The position numbers and the translations under genes are program-made. A stretch of DNA of 64,000 nt from a virus, in IMG/VR virus record IMGVR_UViG_3300028073_000008, positions 1 through 64,000 of that record; one strand, written 5' to 3'. The notes beneath the pieces were generated by a model. That model did no database searches and was not told where the DNA came from. It worked only from the letters and a program-made list of their open reading frames with translations. Of this stretch, positions 39,413 through 49,693 are shown piece by piece. How positions within the stretch are numbered: the first letter of the stretch is position 1; each line of letters opens with the position of its first letter.

Positions 39413-39961
39413 ATGAGCCTTAAAGAACTCACACAAGAAAAACACAAAGACGCAGAACGTACCGCTTTTGCTAAATTGTTACTAAGCGGTTCTATTGATA
39501 AAGAACAATATGCCAACTATCTTTTACAGATGTTGGAAATCTACAGCGTGTTAGAATACCACGCTGCCAATCATGGGTTGCTTACAGACCTAACAGGTCT
39601 ACCTAGATCAAAAGCTATCTATGAAGATCTAATCGAACTATCAGAAGATGGTACAGGTCGAGTGTTACAGGCAACAGTAGACTATGTTAGCTATCTACAT
39701 CAATTGGCTGAAACTAATCCTAACAATCTAATGGCTCACTTGTATGTCCGCCACATGGGTGATCTATATGGCGGCCAGATGATAGCTAAAAAAGTACCTG
39801 GTAAAGGTAAGTTTTATCAGTTCACAGACAAAGACGGACTCATAGCCAAGATTCGTGCCAAACTAGACGACAGTATGGGTGACGAAGCCAACGTAGCATT
39901 TGATCACGCTATCAATATCATGAAGGAACTAAATGAGTCAAGTTTGGTCCACGCTGATTGA
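39413..39961 (+). CDS. Heme oxygenase
   Basis: LKELTQEKHKDAE proximal His; HLYVRHMGDLYGGQ. Confidence 0.92.
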   Translation: MSLKELTQEKHKDAERTAFAKLLLSGSIDKEQYANYLLQMLEIYSVLEYHAANHGLLTDLTGLPRSKAIYEDLIELSEDGTGRVLQATVDYVSYLHQLAETNPNNLMAHLYVRHMGDLYGGQMIAKKVPGKGKFYQFTDKDGLIAKIRAKLDDSMGDEANVAFDHAINIMKELNESSLVHAD

Positions 39962-40613
39962 TATTCAGCATTTGCTAGAAGAAAGGTTTAATGCCACAGG
40001 AACCGAGATCAACGAACCAGGAATGGATAGGTTTAATCAGCCTGGTTGGGTTAATCGTGTGTGGACTTCTGATGTTTATCGTCGTGCTCACATCGATGTG
40101 GTAGATGCTCGTGAAACTCGCAGCCTATGGATGATGCACTGCTGTATATTTCCCCACACACATAATCCTGCTCCTATATGGGGTTTTGATGTAGTAGCTG
40201 GTAAAAACAAAATCACGGGCTGTTTCCACGACTACTCGGCAGCAGGAGACAAACATCATCCTATGATGGATTGGTTTGGCGATTATGTCAGTAATCTAGA
40301 ATGGCGCAAGGTACGTGAATTACCTGACTGGGCACAGCGTATATTCAGCCCACATATGGTGGCTGCTAGCAATATACAAGCAGAAGAAGAACTAGAACAG
40401 ATCACACAGATGGCCCGAGATACGCTAGAACACTATCTTAGCACAGTAGCTGAAACTAATAACACCCACGCAGATACCACAGAATATCAAAATTACTATG
40501 CTATAAATCAAAAGCAAAACCCGCATACACCGCGTGTAATGGCTAGTTTAGGGTTAGATGAAGAAGATGTACGTGTTTTTATCCAAGATTGCCTGTTCCC
40601 AGAGATTCGATAA
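39933..40613 (+). CDS. Ferredoxin-dependent bilin reductase (PcyA/PcyX-like)
   Basis: RRAHI, MMHCCIFP, PIWGFD, RELPDWAQRIFS, QKQNPHT; coupled to heme oxygenase. Confidence 0.85.
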   Translation: MSQVWSTLIDIQHLLEERFNATGTEINEPGMDRFNQPGWVNRVWTSDVYRRAHIDVVDARETRSLWMMHCCIFPHTHNPAPIWGFDVVAGKNKITGCFHDYSAAGDKHHPMMDWFGDYVSNLEWRKVRELPDWAQRIFSPHMVAASNIQAEEELEQITQMARDTLEHYLSTVAETNNTHADTTEYQNYYAINQKQNPHTPRVMASLGLDEEDVRVFIQDCLFPEIR

Positions 40614-40623
40614 ATATTAAACT

Positions 40624-42204
40624 ATGAGATTTTTCGAATTCAAACTTCCCAGTGCTAACTCACCTCTTTTAAACAAGATCGTAAGCTCTATTACAGATCT
40701 TGTAAATTCTGCTAAAAAACTGCCCGAAAATGATCCAGCACGTAAAGAAGCCGACGATCTCATTAATTCTCTTAAAAATAAAGCAGGTATAACAGAATCC
40801 GATGCTATTTCAGAATTAGAACATGATATGATTGTTGCCATAGCCAAAGCATTGATTTCGACAGGAAATCAACAGGCAACATTAAGTTTGATTGATATAG
40901 AAAAAATCAAGAAAAATATCGAAGTACAACAAAAAACTAAAAAGGTAGCACAAGCACATCAAGAGCTTGGTAAACAGCAATACGTAAAATCTCAAGAAAC
41001 TGATACTAGCGATCTTGACGAGATAGGAGCAGCGATCGAGAAAAAATTAGGAACACCTAAAGGATGGACTAAATCTAAAATCATTAATCCTTTATTGTCT
41101 GTAGGAATTGACAAAGAACTACTTTATGTGTTTCTAGATCAATGTGCGTCCGGCACGGCTATGAATTGGAATTTCAACGATGGAATTCACCCTATCACTG
41201 ATTTTAAATCGTTAATGTCTGACGAATCTAAAGAAATATTTTCTAACAAACAAGCTAAAGATATTCTTTTAACAGCCAGGTGGTCAGAAGCCGGCGGCGA
41301 AGGCGACGGAGAAGTGATGATAGGATTACTAGCAGATGCTAGCCATCCAGAGAAAGGTGATATCACAGTCAAAGGTGTTCCTTATGAAGTCAAAGCCACA
41401 GGATGGAGATTTAACAAAAAAGGCGATGTTAGTGGTACAGAAGCATGGTTAGATGCTGGTCCTTACTCGTCTAATATCGAAGGTGTTAAAGCTATCTTTA
41501 AGAAATTAATTAATGCCAGGGGTATTACTGCTTCTGAAGAAAATATAGCATTAGCTGATTTTAGAAAAGCAGGAACACAAAGTCTTAAACAGATAATGTC
41601 TCGTGTTAAAGATCCTGTTGATTTAATGTCGTCTTTACATTCTGCTGTGTTCCCTAATGCTGATAAAAATCAAATCAAACAGGCTTCTGAAAATATTGTA
41701 GCATCACAATATGATTACAGAGTATCGGCTAAGGAACAGGGATTACTAGCTATGGCAGAATATGCTGCCGAGCATGACAATTTTGGTTTTGTTTTTATCG
41801 ATAAAACTAATTTTAGTGGAATGATTTCTAAAAACGCAGTAGGAGAAAGTGAAGCATTTACATTTAGTTCTCCTATGACTATGTCAACAGCCAAAACCAC
41901 AGATGCTACAACTACTACTAAGAAAAGAAAAGCTAGTCCAGGAATAATGACTGGTTCTAGAGCACAAGCACAAAAGACTCTAGGTTGGCAATCTAAAAGA
42001 CAACCAGCACAACCAGCAGTATCTACAGCGTTAGCTAATGATCCAAAAAAGGGATTTTATTCTAAGTACGACAAAGCTACTATGGATCAAATCCTAACAA
42101 CTTTTAAAGATAGAAAACAATTAGTCGCCGATTACAAAAGTTTAACTCTGCCAGAGTTTGAAAAGAAGTATGTAGAACCCATACTTCAACCTAAACTTAT
42201 ATAA
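40624..42204 (+). CDS. Putative internal virion protein with PD-(D/E)xK-like motif
   Basis: TAAATA 40611; MRFFEF start; GDGE...KGDI...YEVK. Confidence 0.55.
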   Translation: MRFFEFKLPSANSPLLNKIVSSITDLVNSAKKLPENDPARKEADDLINSLKNKAGITESDAISELEHDMIVAIAKALISTGNQQATLSLIDIEKIKKNIEVQQKTKKVAQAHQELGKQQYVKSQETDTSDLDEIGAAIEKKLGTPKGWTKSKIINPLLSVGIDKELLYVFLDQCASGTAMNWNFNDGIHPITDFKSLMSDESKEIFSNKQAKDILLTARWSEAGGEGDGEVMIGLLADASHPEKGDITVKGVPYEVKATGWRFNKKGDVSGTEAWLDAGPYSSNIEGVKAIFKKLINARGITASEENIALADFRKAGTQSLKQIMSRVKDPVDLMSSLHSAVFPNADKNQIKQASENIVASQYDYRVSAKEQGLLAMAEYAAEHDNFGFVFIDKTNFSGMISKNAVGESEAFTFSSPMTMSTAKTTDATTTTKKRKASPGIMTGSRAQAQKTLGWQSKRQPAQPAVSTALANDPKKGFYSKYDKATMDQILTTFKDRKQLVADYKSLTLPEFEKKYVEPILQPKLI

Positions 42205-43273
42205 TCTTTTCCCAAGAAATATATTCAGGATCTGTAAATTCCTGTAGACGTGCTGTAGGATTTGTCTTGAACATGCCGCTGGCATATCTCACATAAACAT
42301 CTAGCAGTGCGTTATTCTCCGCACCAGGTTTGCCTATCTTGGCAACGAACAACTGTCCAGTACCGTCTGGATTCCCATATTTGAGATCATTAAGACTCAA
42401 TTCGCCTACTTGCTCTTTAGTAGGCACGAGGTAGAGACTGTCACCGTTGGTATAGAAGTAAGGAGTGTCTGTAAACTGTAGCAGATCAACTAATAGATCA
42501 CTGTTCTGTAGATGACCTTTGATCGTGGTTTCAAACTTTTCTGCTATCTCTGAAAAGTATGGTTTGATGAGATCTCTGTAAGTTTCCCAATTGGCATTAA
42601 ACCAATCACCGAACACACGCTGCCATGTCTTGTTCTGTTTGAGATTACTTAAAATCTGCTCTCTAGTAAAGTCTTTGATTTTTACACCATTACTGATCTC
42701 ATAACCAGTTTCTGTAGTCCTGATAAAATACTTGGCATCATCGGATGGCCATACATTGGCTACTGTGATATGATCTAGAAGATCAGTAAACACCTTGTGT
42801 TTGATAGATACCCATTGTTCGACATTGCCATATGTGACAAAGATATCTTCACCGCGTACAGTTTCCAAACCTAAAGATTTAGGTTTAAGGTTAGCCAACA
42901 TCTTAGAGCCAGCTTTTACCTGTATACCGCCTGTAGCAGCATCGTGGAATCGAACGTCATATGGACCACCGGCGATATTATTACCAGCTGCCCAACTGTA
43001 TTTGGTATTATTTGTAATACCGCCACGTTTTTCTAAAGTGGGTTTTTGTTGTTTGGCTGTAGCTGCCCAACTGTTGAATACTTCGGGTTCGTATGCTTTA
43101 GCCAAAAAAGTCTTTATATAACCATATACTTTGTTAGGATCATATAGCTTATCAGATGGCAGTGATTTTTCAGGTTCTAGTGGGTCGAAATTTCCGGAAC
43201 CTATAAGCCCGAATAGGTAACCCACTTCGCTGTTAAATCTTACTGTGTTTGTAGATTTACGTTCTTTAGTCAT
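42197..43273 (-). CDS. Hypothetical, restriction-endonuclease-like protein
   Basis: PYDVRF...GIQVK motif; lone minus-strand gene. Confidence 0.5.
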   Translation of the reverse strand: MTKERKSTNTVRFNSEVGYLFGLIGSGNFDPLEPEKSLPSDKLYDPNKVYGYIKTFLAKAYEPEVFNSWAATAKQQKPTLEKRGGITNNTKYSWAAGNNIAGGPYDVRFHDAATGGIQVKAGSKMLANLKPKSLGLETVRGEDIFVTYGNVEQWVSIKHKVFTDLLDHITVANVWPSDDAKYFIRTTETGYEISNGVKIKDFTREQILSNLKQNKTWQRVFGDWFNANWETYRDLIKPYFSEIAEKFETTIKGHLQNSDLLVDLLQFTDTPYFYTNGDSLYLVPTKEQVGELSLNDLKYGNPDGTGQLFVAKIGKPGAENNALLDVYVRYASGMFKTNPTARLQEFTDPEYISWEKII

Positions 43274-43379
43274 ATTACGTTAATTTTAGCATTATACAGA
43301 TAATTTGTAAAGTCTGTTTTTAATTTATAGCCGGGATTGGGTAAATACCTATAAGAAAGATTCGTCCCGGGAGTGAACA

Positions 43380-43823
43380 ATGTATAAAAGGATATGTATT
43401 CTTCTAGTAGCACTGACTACGTCAGCACAGGCTACAGAACTGGTACATCAATTCCAAAGTCCGGCCTTTATACCGGGCAATGGATACTCCTCTCATGTCC
43501 TAGCTATTGAGCAGCTAGAGTCGCAGCGCAAACAAAAGATCAAAGATGACGAAAAAGCAGCCATAGAAGCAGAAGCATTGGCTAAGAAAAATACGAACCT
43601 ATCCAAGTTTCTAGTAAACGTAGAAGCTAGAATATATGCGCAGTTATCTAAGCAGCTAGCAGATCAGCTGTTTGCCGAAGGTGGAGCTACGAACGGCACT
43701 ATGAACTTCCAGGGAACCAATATTAGTTGGGTTAAGACAGGCACAGAAGTTACTTTAACCATTATCGAATCTAATGGCAGCAAAACAGAAATAACAGTAC
43801 CTATAGCGAGCTTTTCTTTCTAA
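43380..43823 (+). CDS. csgF: Curli assembly protein CsgF-like
   Basis: Signal peptide then ELVHQFQSPAF..G.G; ARIYAQLSKQL; next to csgG. Confidence 0.8.
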   Translation: MYKRICILLVALTTSAQATELVHQFQSPAFIPGNGYSSHVLAIEQLESQRKQKIKDDEKAAIEAEALAKKNTNLSKFLVNVEARIYAQLSKQLADQLFAEGGATNGTMNFQGTNISWVKTGTEVTLTIIESNGSKTEITVPIASFSF

Positions 43824-45001
43824 TGAAAAAAATATTATTGATACCGCTGCTAGCATTGGTTTTGTCTGGGTGTGCTACAGTTCACATGGAACTGGCACAG
43901 GAAGAACCTGTGGCTATACAACCAAAACAAAACCTGTATGATAAGATACCACCATTAGATGGTCCACCTATGACTGTAGCAGTGTATGGTTTTACTGACA
44001 AAACTGGACAGATGAAACCCAATGATAAATTGGCAGTTTTCAGTAAAGCGGTAACACAAGGAGCAGAAGTATTTCTTATCAAAGCTCTACAAGATACCAA
44101 ATGGTTCCGTGTAGTAGAACGTGTTGGTCTTGATAATCTAATCAAAGAACGCCAGCTGATACGCAATCAACGAGAAGTATATGAAGGTAAAGATGCTAAA
44201 CCATTAGCACCTATGGTAGTAGCCGGAGTGATGATCGAAGGTGGTATCATAGGCTACGACAGTAACATTAGATCAGGTGGTAATGGTGCTAGATTCTTAG
44301 GTATCGGAGGAAGCCAACAATACAGAGTAGATGAGATAGTTATATCTATGCGTTTGATCAGTGTAAACACAGGAGAAGTTATATTAACTAACTCTGTTAG
44401 TAAAACAATTTATAGCACACAGCATAATGTGGGTGTGCTACGTTTCGTAGATGCAGGTACCAAAGCAGTAGAGCTAGAAAATGGTCAAGCATTAAACGAA
44501 CCAACTACTTATGCTGTTCGTGTTGCGATCGAACAGGCTGTTTATGACATGATCATGGACGGACAACGCAGAGGTTTTTGGCGTTTCAAACTTCCATTGC
44601 GTCAAACACCTCCTTTACCTGAGGAGAAAAAAGATGAGTTGGTTCAACCACAGAGCGAGACGCAGAAAGAAACCAATCCAGCCGCCGCCACAAGAGCAGC
44701 GCCTGCCGCAGAAACCAAACCAGCAGTAGTAGCAACTCCTGCTGAAACCAGATTAATAGTTACACCATCACAACAGGCACAATTAGTTGGCAAAAAAGGC
44801 AAAATGAAAGACACGATTTATGTTAGGAGAGAACCTAACGAAACTTCTACTCGAGTTTGGCTGTTTACAAAAAGCACAGTAGTAAATGTAACAGAAGAAA
44901 ACGGAGAGTGGATCAAAATAGTTGCCGAGGACGGCAAGAAAGGATATGTTAAGAGAGATAGCATAACTGTAGATAGTAGTACCAACAATACTGGTCGATA
45001 A
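43823..45001 (+). CDS. csgG: Curli secretion channel CsgG-like lipoprotein with C-terminal SH3b-like domain
   Basis: Lipobox LSGC; VAVYGFTDKTGQ, AVTQG, WFRVVERVGLDNLIKERQLIR, EGGIIGYD. Confidence 0.92.
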   Translation: MKKILLIPLLALVLSGCATVHMELAQEEPVAIQPKQNLYDKIPPLDGPPMTVAVYGFTDKTGQMKPNDKLAVFSKAVTQGAEVFLIKALQDTKWFRVVERVGLDNLIKERQLIRNQREVYEGKDAKPLAPMVVAGVMIEGGIIGYDSNIRSGGNGARFLGIGGSQQYRVDEIVISMRLISVNTGEVILTNSVSKTIYSTQHNVGVLRFVDAGTKAVELENGQALNEPTTYAVRVAIEQAVYDMIMDGQRRGFWRFKLPLRQTPPLPEEKKDELVQPQSETQKETNPAAATRAAPAAETKPAVVATPAETRLIVTPSQQAQLVGKKGKMKDTIYVRREPNETSTRVWLFTKSTVVNVTEENGEWIKIVAEDGKKGYVKRDSITVDSSTNNTGR

Positions 45002-45021
45002 ATTGGCCAAGGCGGAGCGAA

Positions 45022-45684
45022 ATGAAAACGAGAATGACGGGTATAGGCAAACCTAGCACAATTGCCTTAGTAGCGGCAATGCTATTTTCAAGCGTAGCAT
45101 TAGCCAACGATCTTTACATCGAACAATCGGGCGATGATACGGCTGTGACTATCTTACAAGACGGATCGCAGAATAAGATCGAAGGACTTACTCCTGGAGA
45201 TAATGCTTATATCGGAGGTGGCGGTAACGTTGTTAATATCCAACAAGTTGGCGCTAACAACCTTATTTCTCTATCTTTGAATAACCCTAACATGGGTGGA
45301 GTGGGTACAGGTACAGCTCTTACGATAAATCAGCTTGGTAACGATAATATTTCTACTGTACAATGCGGTACATCTTTGGCTGCTACCTGTAATGCTTCAG
45401 TTATCACTCAAAACATCACTGGTAGTAGCAACGATGTAACTCAGACCTTGACAGGTGGCGGTGCTTACAGCAGCGTGGTCAATGTCACAGGCGATTGGAC
45501 CAAAGTCACTCATACACAAACAGGTGCAGGAGCGCACACAGGAAACATCACCGTGAACAGCACAGCGACTTCGCTAGCTGATAAAAATAATGTATCCTTG
45601 ACGCAGACAGGAGCGATAGCGAAAAGTGCCACGATCAGCAGTTCAGGAGCTAATATTAATATTTCTGTTACTCAGCACGACTAA
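45022..45684 (+). CDS. Curlin-like repeat protein
   Basis: Signal peptide; repeats IEQSGDD, ILQDGSQN, IQQVGANN, INQLGNDN. Confidence 0.8.
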   Translation: MKTRMTGIGKPSTIALVAAMLFSSVALANDLYIEQSGDDTAVTILQDGSQNKIEGLTPGDNAYIGGGGNVVNIQQVGANNLISLSLNNPNMGGVGTGTALTINQLGNDNISTVQCGTSLAATCNASVITQNITGSSNDVTQTLTGGGAYSSVVNVTGDWTKVTHTQTGAGAHTGNITVNSTATSLADKNNVSLTQTGAIAKSATISSSGANINISVTQHD

Positions 45685-46723
45685 TGTCTGGGCAGGAGTA
45701 GGAACAGTAACTGAACAAACTGGTCCTACAGAAATATTTAGAGCTAAGAAATCTATACCTTCGAGCCTAAACACGGCTGTGGAAATGAATGACGCAGTTT
45801 CCACAGCCAAGGCTACTGCTCAGCTGACCTTTGAAGACAAGACTACAGTAAAGATCAACGAGCATAGCAAAATAGTCATAGATGATTTTGTCTACGATCC
45901 TAACAAAGGTTCAGGAAAACTGGCCATGAAGATGGCCATAGGCACTGCTCGCTATACGTCAGGACAGATAGCTAAAAATAGTCCACAACAGGTAGCCATC
46001 AATACTCCTACAGCCAGTGTAGGTGTGCGTGGTACTGATTTTTCTATGACTGTAGACGAGATGGGGCGCAGTCTTATCGTGCTATTACCTAGCTGCGATA
46101 AAAAAGGCTGTGTAACTGGTGCTATCGAAGTGCGCAATGAAGGAGGTGTTGTCATATTAGATGTTCCTTTCCAAGCTACCATGGTCAACACTGCTTATCA
46201 AGCACCTAGCCAACCAGTGGTAGTTAGATTAGATCAAGCTAGTATCAGTAATATGTTGATCATCAGTAAACCAGCAGAAATACAAGATGACGGTAGTGAA
46301 CATAAAAAAGCTCTAAGAGAAAGAGGACTACTTGACTTTGATAAACTAGATGTAGATCTATTGAAATATACCAAGCTAGATGAAAATAAACTAGATGATA
46401 ACAGAGCACTAGATCGTAACGATCTTAATGCTGACCTACTGGCTTTTTATGCGTGGAACGAGTTAGACGCACAGAATAAAACACTGTTAGCTAATGACAT
46501 GGATAATAGTCTGTTACCTAACTATAATGCTGCTAGCGGCCTATTATATTATTTCAATGAAGATCAAAGCAAAGTCACGCTATACCGTGTGACTAATCAT
46601 ACAGCCGTAGTCACACTGCCTACTACACAAAATACTACGCTGAGTATAAACCAAGACGGCCAGCAGGTCGTACAGCAGGTAAACAAGGGTGCTACATCCA
46701 CTATTACTATAACTCAAAAGTAA
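45626..46723 (+). CDS. Exported FecR-domain protein
   Basis: Signal peptide overlapping curlin end; FEDKTTV, INTPTASVGVRGTDF; curlin-like tail. Confidence 0.85.
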   Translation: MPRSAVQELILIFLLLSTTNVWAGVGTVTEQTGPTEIFRAKKSIPSSLNTAVEMNDAVSTAKATAQLTFEDKTTVKINEHSKIVIDDFVYDPNKGSGKLAMKMAIGTARYTSGQIAKNSPQQVAINTPTASVGVRGTDFSMTVDEMGRSLIVLLPSCDKKGCVTGAIEVRNEGGVVILDVPFQATMVNTAYQAPSQPVVVRLDQASISNMLIISKPAEIQDDGSEHKKALRERGLLDFDKLDVDLLKYTKLDENKLDDNRALDRNDLNADLLAFYAWNELDAQNKTLLANDMDNSLLPNYNAASGLLYYFNEDQSKVTLYRVTNHTAVVTLPTTQNTTLSINQDGQQVVQQVNKGATSTITITQK

Positions 46724-46781
46724 TAGTTTAATTTTTACCGACTTATCTTTAAATAACTATACTAACCGGGAGCGAATCGGT

Positions 46782-49343
46782 ATGAAAATTAAAAGAAGCC
46801 TTCTGGCGGTTGCCATCACCGCCTTATTGTCAGGTACGGCCATGGCGCAAAACTATGGTTTCGAGGATGGAACATTAACAGGATGGACAGTCGGTGGTGA
46901 CACTGGCGCTACTCCAACAACAGGTACTGTAAATGGTTTTACAGGCACTGTTAACAATATTACACAACAAGGCATGGGAGTTAAGCTCTTAAACGGTCCT
47001 ATCGCCTTCCAAGCAGGTTCACACCCAGCAGTAGGTACGCCAGGTACTGATTATTATCAACCTGCTGTTACTCCAAAGACTTGGGTATTCAGTCCTTATG
47101 GTAACTACATGGTTGGTCTACAACCTAACCAAGGACAAAGCTCAGCAGCATTTACAGCATTGGGTCTAACAAGTTCTTCTGTAGCAGCTATCAATCAAAC
47201 GATCACGGATCAAAAGAACGCAGCTGGTTATGGTATGACTGGTATCACAACAGCAGCATGGATCTATCGTGATGTTGCTATGACCCCAGGAACTACTGTG
47301 AAGTTTGGTTGGAACTATATCGGTACAGACTATGTGCCATTCAATGATGGTTCTATAGCATCATTGGTCCACACAACGGACAACACCATACTAGGTACGG
47401 TCAACAACTATAATGCTCAGTATGCGTTATTAGGTTTTACTAATCCTAAGACAGGTGACTACTCAGCAGGAACATTTGGTTCTACTGGTTGGCAGATCGC
47501 TACATTCGATGTCACAACAGCAGGTACATATAAACTAGGTTTTGCTTCTTTCAACCTAGGCGACACTGCTCTTAGTCCACTACTGCTAGTAGACGAATGG
47601 CAAGGCGCTACAGTGACCTGTGTCACAGGAACTTGTACTACATTTGGTGTAGTTGCTCCTAACAACTCAACAGCACCAACAGCAGACTCAGCCGGTGGTT
47701 CGGGTTCGGGAGGCAGTGGTTCGAGTGGAAGTGGATCAGGTGGCGGATCAAGTGGTCCTACATTAGTCAACAATATCACTGGCGCGGTAACAACAGCGAC
47801 TCTAGACACAGCACCTAAGTTCAACGGTGGTACACTGACAGTATCAGACGGTGACATTATTGTCAAGAACTTTACTGTGGCAACAGCTGGTGGTACGATC
47901 AACACAGGTACAGGCGCAGTATCACAGATAAACGGTGTCATCAGCAATGACGGAACAGATACCGCAGGTCCTATAACAGTAACAGGTAACGGCACACTTA
48001 AACTAAATGCTGCCAATACCTACACAGGCGCGACCACTATCGACAATGGCGCTACAGTGGTAGCACTGAACTCAAATGCTCTAGGGGGAAGTTCCAGTGT
48101 TACTAACAATGGTGGCTTGAACATCACTGGCACAGGCGCTACTGGCCTTAATGTAAACAGCTACACACAGGGTGCTAATGGCGGCTTGATCGGAAAACTA
48201 TGGGCTAACGGAGATGCTACTAAAATCAACTCCACAGGTCCAGTGAGCCTAGCAGGCACATACTCATTGTATGGCGATGCTACAGGCACATATAGCATTG
48301 GCAAGTATCCATTGATCACCGGATCTAGTGTGTCTGGACAGTTTGACACATTTGCCAGCAACTTGGGCAACTACACAGATCTAGGCTACTACTTAAAGTA
48401 TACACCAACAGGCGTACAACTTTGGATGACTCCTAATGCTGCTGCCACACAGGCCAGCATCGACACAACGGCCAACAGCATTAGCAGTAACAACAGCCTA
48501 CAGGCCAGCGTGTTGAACAGCAGTCTAGGCAATGACTCTAATATGTACGGTGATACAAACAGTTCTGTAACAGTCAGTTACGGTAACACTAAAGTTGGCA
48601 CAGGCGATCTAAACACAGCAGGCATCACAGCTTCTAAGAAGATCAACGACAACTGGCGTGTTGGCGTGTTTGCTGATCAACCATTGAACAGCTCAACAGT
48701 CGGTGGCGTCACACAAAAGAACGACATGGGCTTTGGTGGATTTGTAGCATGGAATCAAAATGCTGATCAGACAGGTCTAGGCATACAGGCCAGTGCTGTA
48801 CAGAACAAAGGCGAAGCTACCATTACACGTACAGGTCCAGAGACAGGTGTAGGCAAGGCAGCTACAGAAGGCAAGGCATATCAAGTTAAAGTTTCCTATG
48901 CTAAACCAATCAATGAAAAAACTACCGTAACTCCTTATGTTGGCATCCGTCAGACCGAAGTCAAGACAAATGGTTACACAGAACAAGGCGCGGTGTTTCC
49001 TTTGACTGTGAACAGCAATACACATTCAACGACAGATGCTCTAGCAGGTGTTGGTGTTAGCCATAAACTAACAGACAAACTAACAGCTACAGGCGCAGTT
49101 GGTGTTACACAGAATGTGAGTTCTAGCACAGGCAGCTTCAGCGGCACAAGCGACATTGCTGGCAAAGGCACATTCAACAACGCATTACCTAACAATGGTA
49201 AGACCAGCGTTGGTGTAGGTGCTGGACTAAGCTATCAGCTAACCAAGAACTCAAAGATCGGCGTAAATGTAGGTTTCCAAGACAAGACACCTAGCGGTAA
49301 TAATGTAGGATCAATAGGCATAAGCTATACACTAGCGTTCTAA
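46782..49343 (+). CDS. Autotransporter-like surface protein
   Basis: Signal peptide; Gly/Ser linker; passenger repeat GNGTLKLNAANTYTGATTI; C-terminal beta-barrel ending YTLAF. Confidence 0.8.
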   Translation: MKIKRSLLAVAITALLSGTAMAQNYGFEDGTLTGWTVGGDTGATPTTGTVNGFTGTVNNITQQGMGVKLLNGPIAFQAGSHPAVGTPGTDYYQPAVTPKTWVFSPYGNYMVGLQPNQGQSSAAFTALGLTSSSVAAINQTITDQKNAAGYGMTGITTAAWIYRDVAMTPGTTVKFGWNYIGTDYVPFNDGSIASLVHTTDNTILGTVNNYNAQYALLGFTNPKTGDYSAGTFGSTGWQIATFDVTTAGTYKLGFASFNLGDTALSPLLLVDEWQGATVTCVTGTCTTFGVVAPNNSTAPTADSAGGSGSGGSGSSGSGSGGGSSGPTLVNNITGAVTTATLDTAPKFNGGTLTVSDGDIIVKNFTVATAGGTINTGTGAVSQINGVISNDGTDTAGPITVTGNGTLKLNAANTYTGATTIDNGATVVALNSNALGGSSSVTNNGGLNITGTGATGLNVNSYTQGANGGLIGKLWANGDATKINSTGPVSLAGTYSLYGDATGTYSIGKYPLITGSSVSGQFDTFASNLGNYTDLGYYLKYTPTGVQLWMTPNAAATQASIDTTANSISSNNSLQASVLNSSLGNDSNMYGDTNSSVTVSYGNTKVGTGDLNTAGITASKKINDNWRVGVFADQPLNSSTVGGVTQKNDMGFGGFVAWNQNADQTGLGIQASAVQNKGEATITRTGPETGVGKAATEGKAYQVKVSYAKPINEKTTVTPYVGIRQTEVKTNGYTEQGAVFPLTVNSNTHSTTDALAGVGVSHKLTDKLTATGAVGVTQNVSSSTGSFSGTSDIAGKGTFNNALPNNGKTSVGVGAGLSYQLTKNSKIGVNVGFQDKTPSGNNVGSIGISYTLAF

Positions 49344-49369
49344 TAAATATTAGCAGAAGGGAGACAGCC

Positions 49370-49693
49370 ATGCGTACAAAAATATACATGGCGTTCCTAT
49401 TTTGCTTGACCAGCTCTATAGCCAACGCCGATTCGGTATTATTTCAAACTAACAAACCAGTCGTTTGTTCTGATTTAAAATCTATTGTTGAAACTTTAGG
49501 TGAGTCTGAAATAGATGAAAAGCCTATCTTCAAAGGTAAAGATGATAGAGCTACTTATTTTCTCAGTCTGAATAAGAAAACCGGATCCTGGACTATGGTA
49601 CAATTTAGAGAAGATGTTGCCTGTATCCTAGGATTTGGTAAAGATGGAAAGACTTATAATCTAGACGAAGTATTATCTAAGCGTAGAGATTAA
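49370..49693 (+). CDS. Small exported protein
   Basis: Signal peptide; KPVVC...GSWT...ACIL. Confidence 0.65.
   Translation: MRTKIYMAFLFCLTSSIANADSVLFQTNKPVVCSDLKSIVETLGESEIDEKPIFKGKDDRATYFLSLNKKTGSWTMVQFREDVACILGFGKDGKTYNLDEVLSKRRD

Noticed and set aside
47690-47760. Gly/Ser-rich repeat in the autotransporter
   Set aside because: Codon-degenerate flexible linker, not a DNA repeat element
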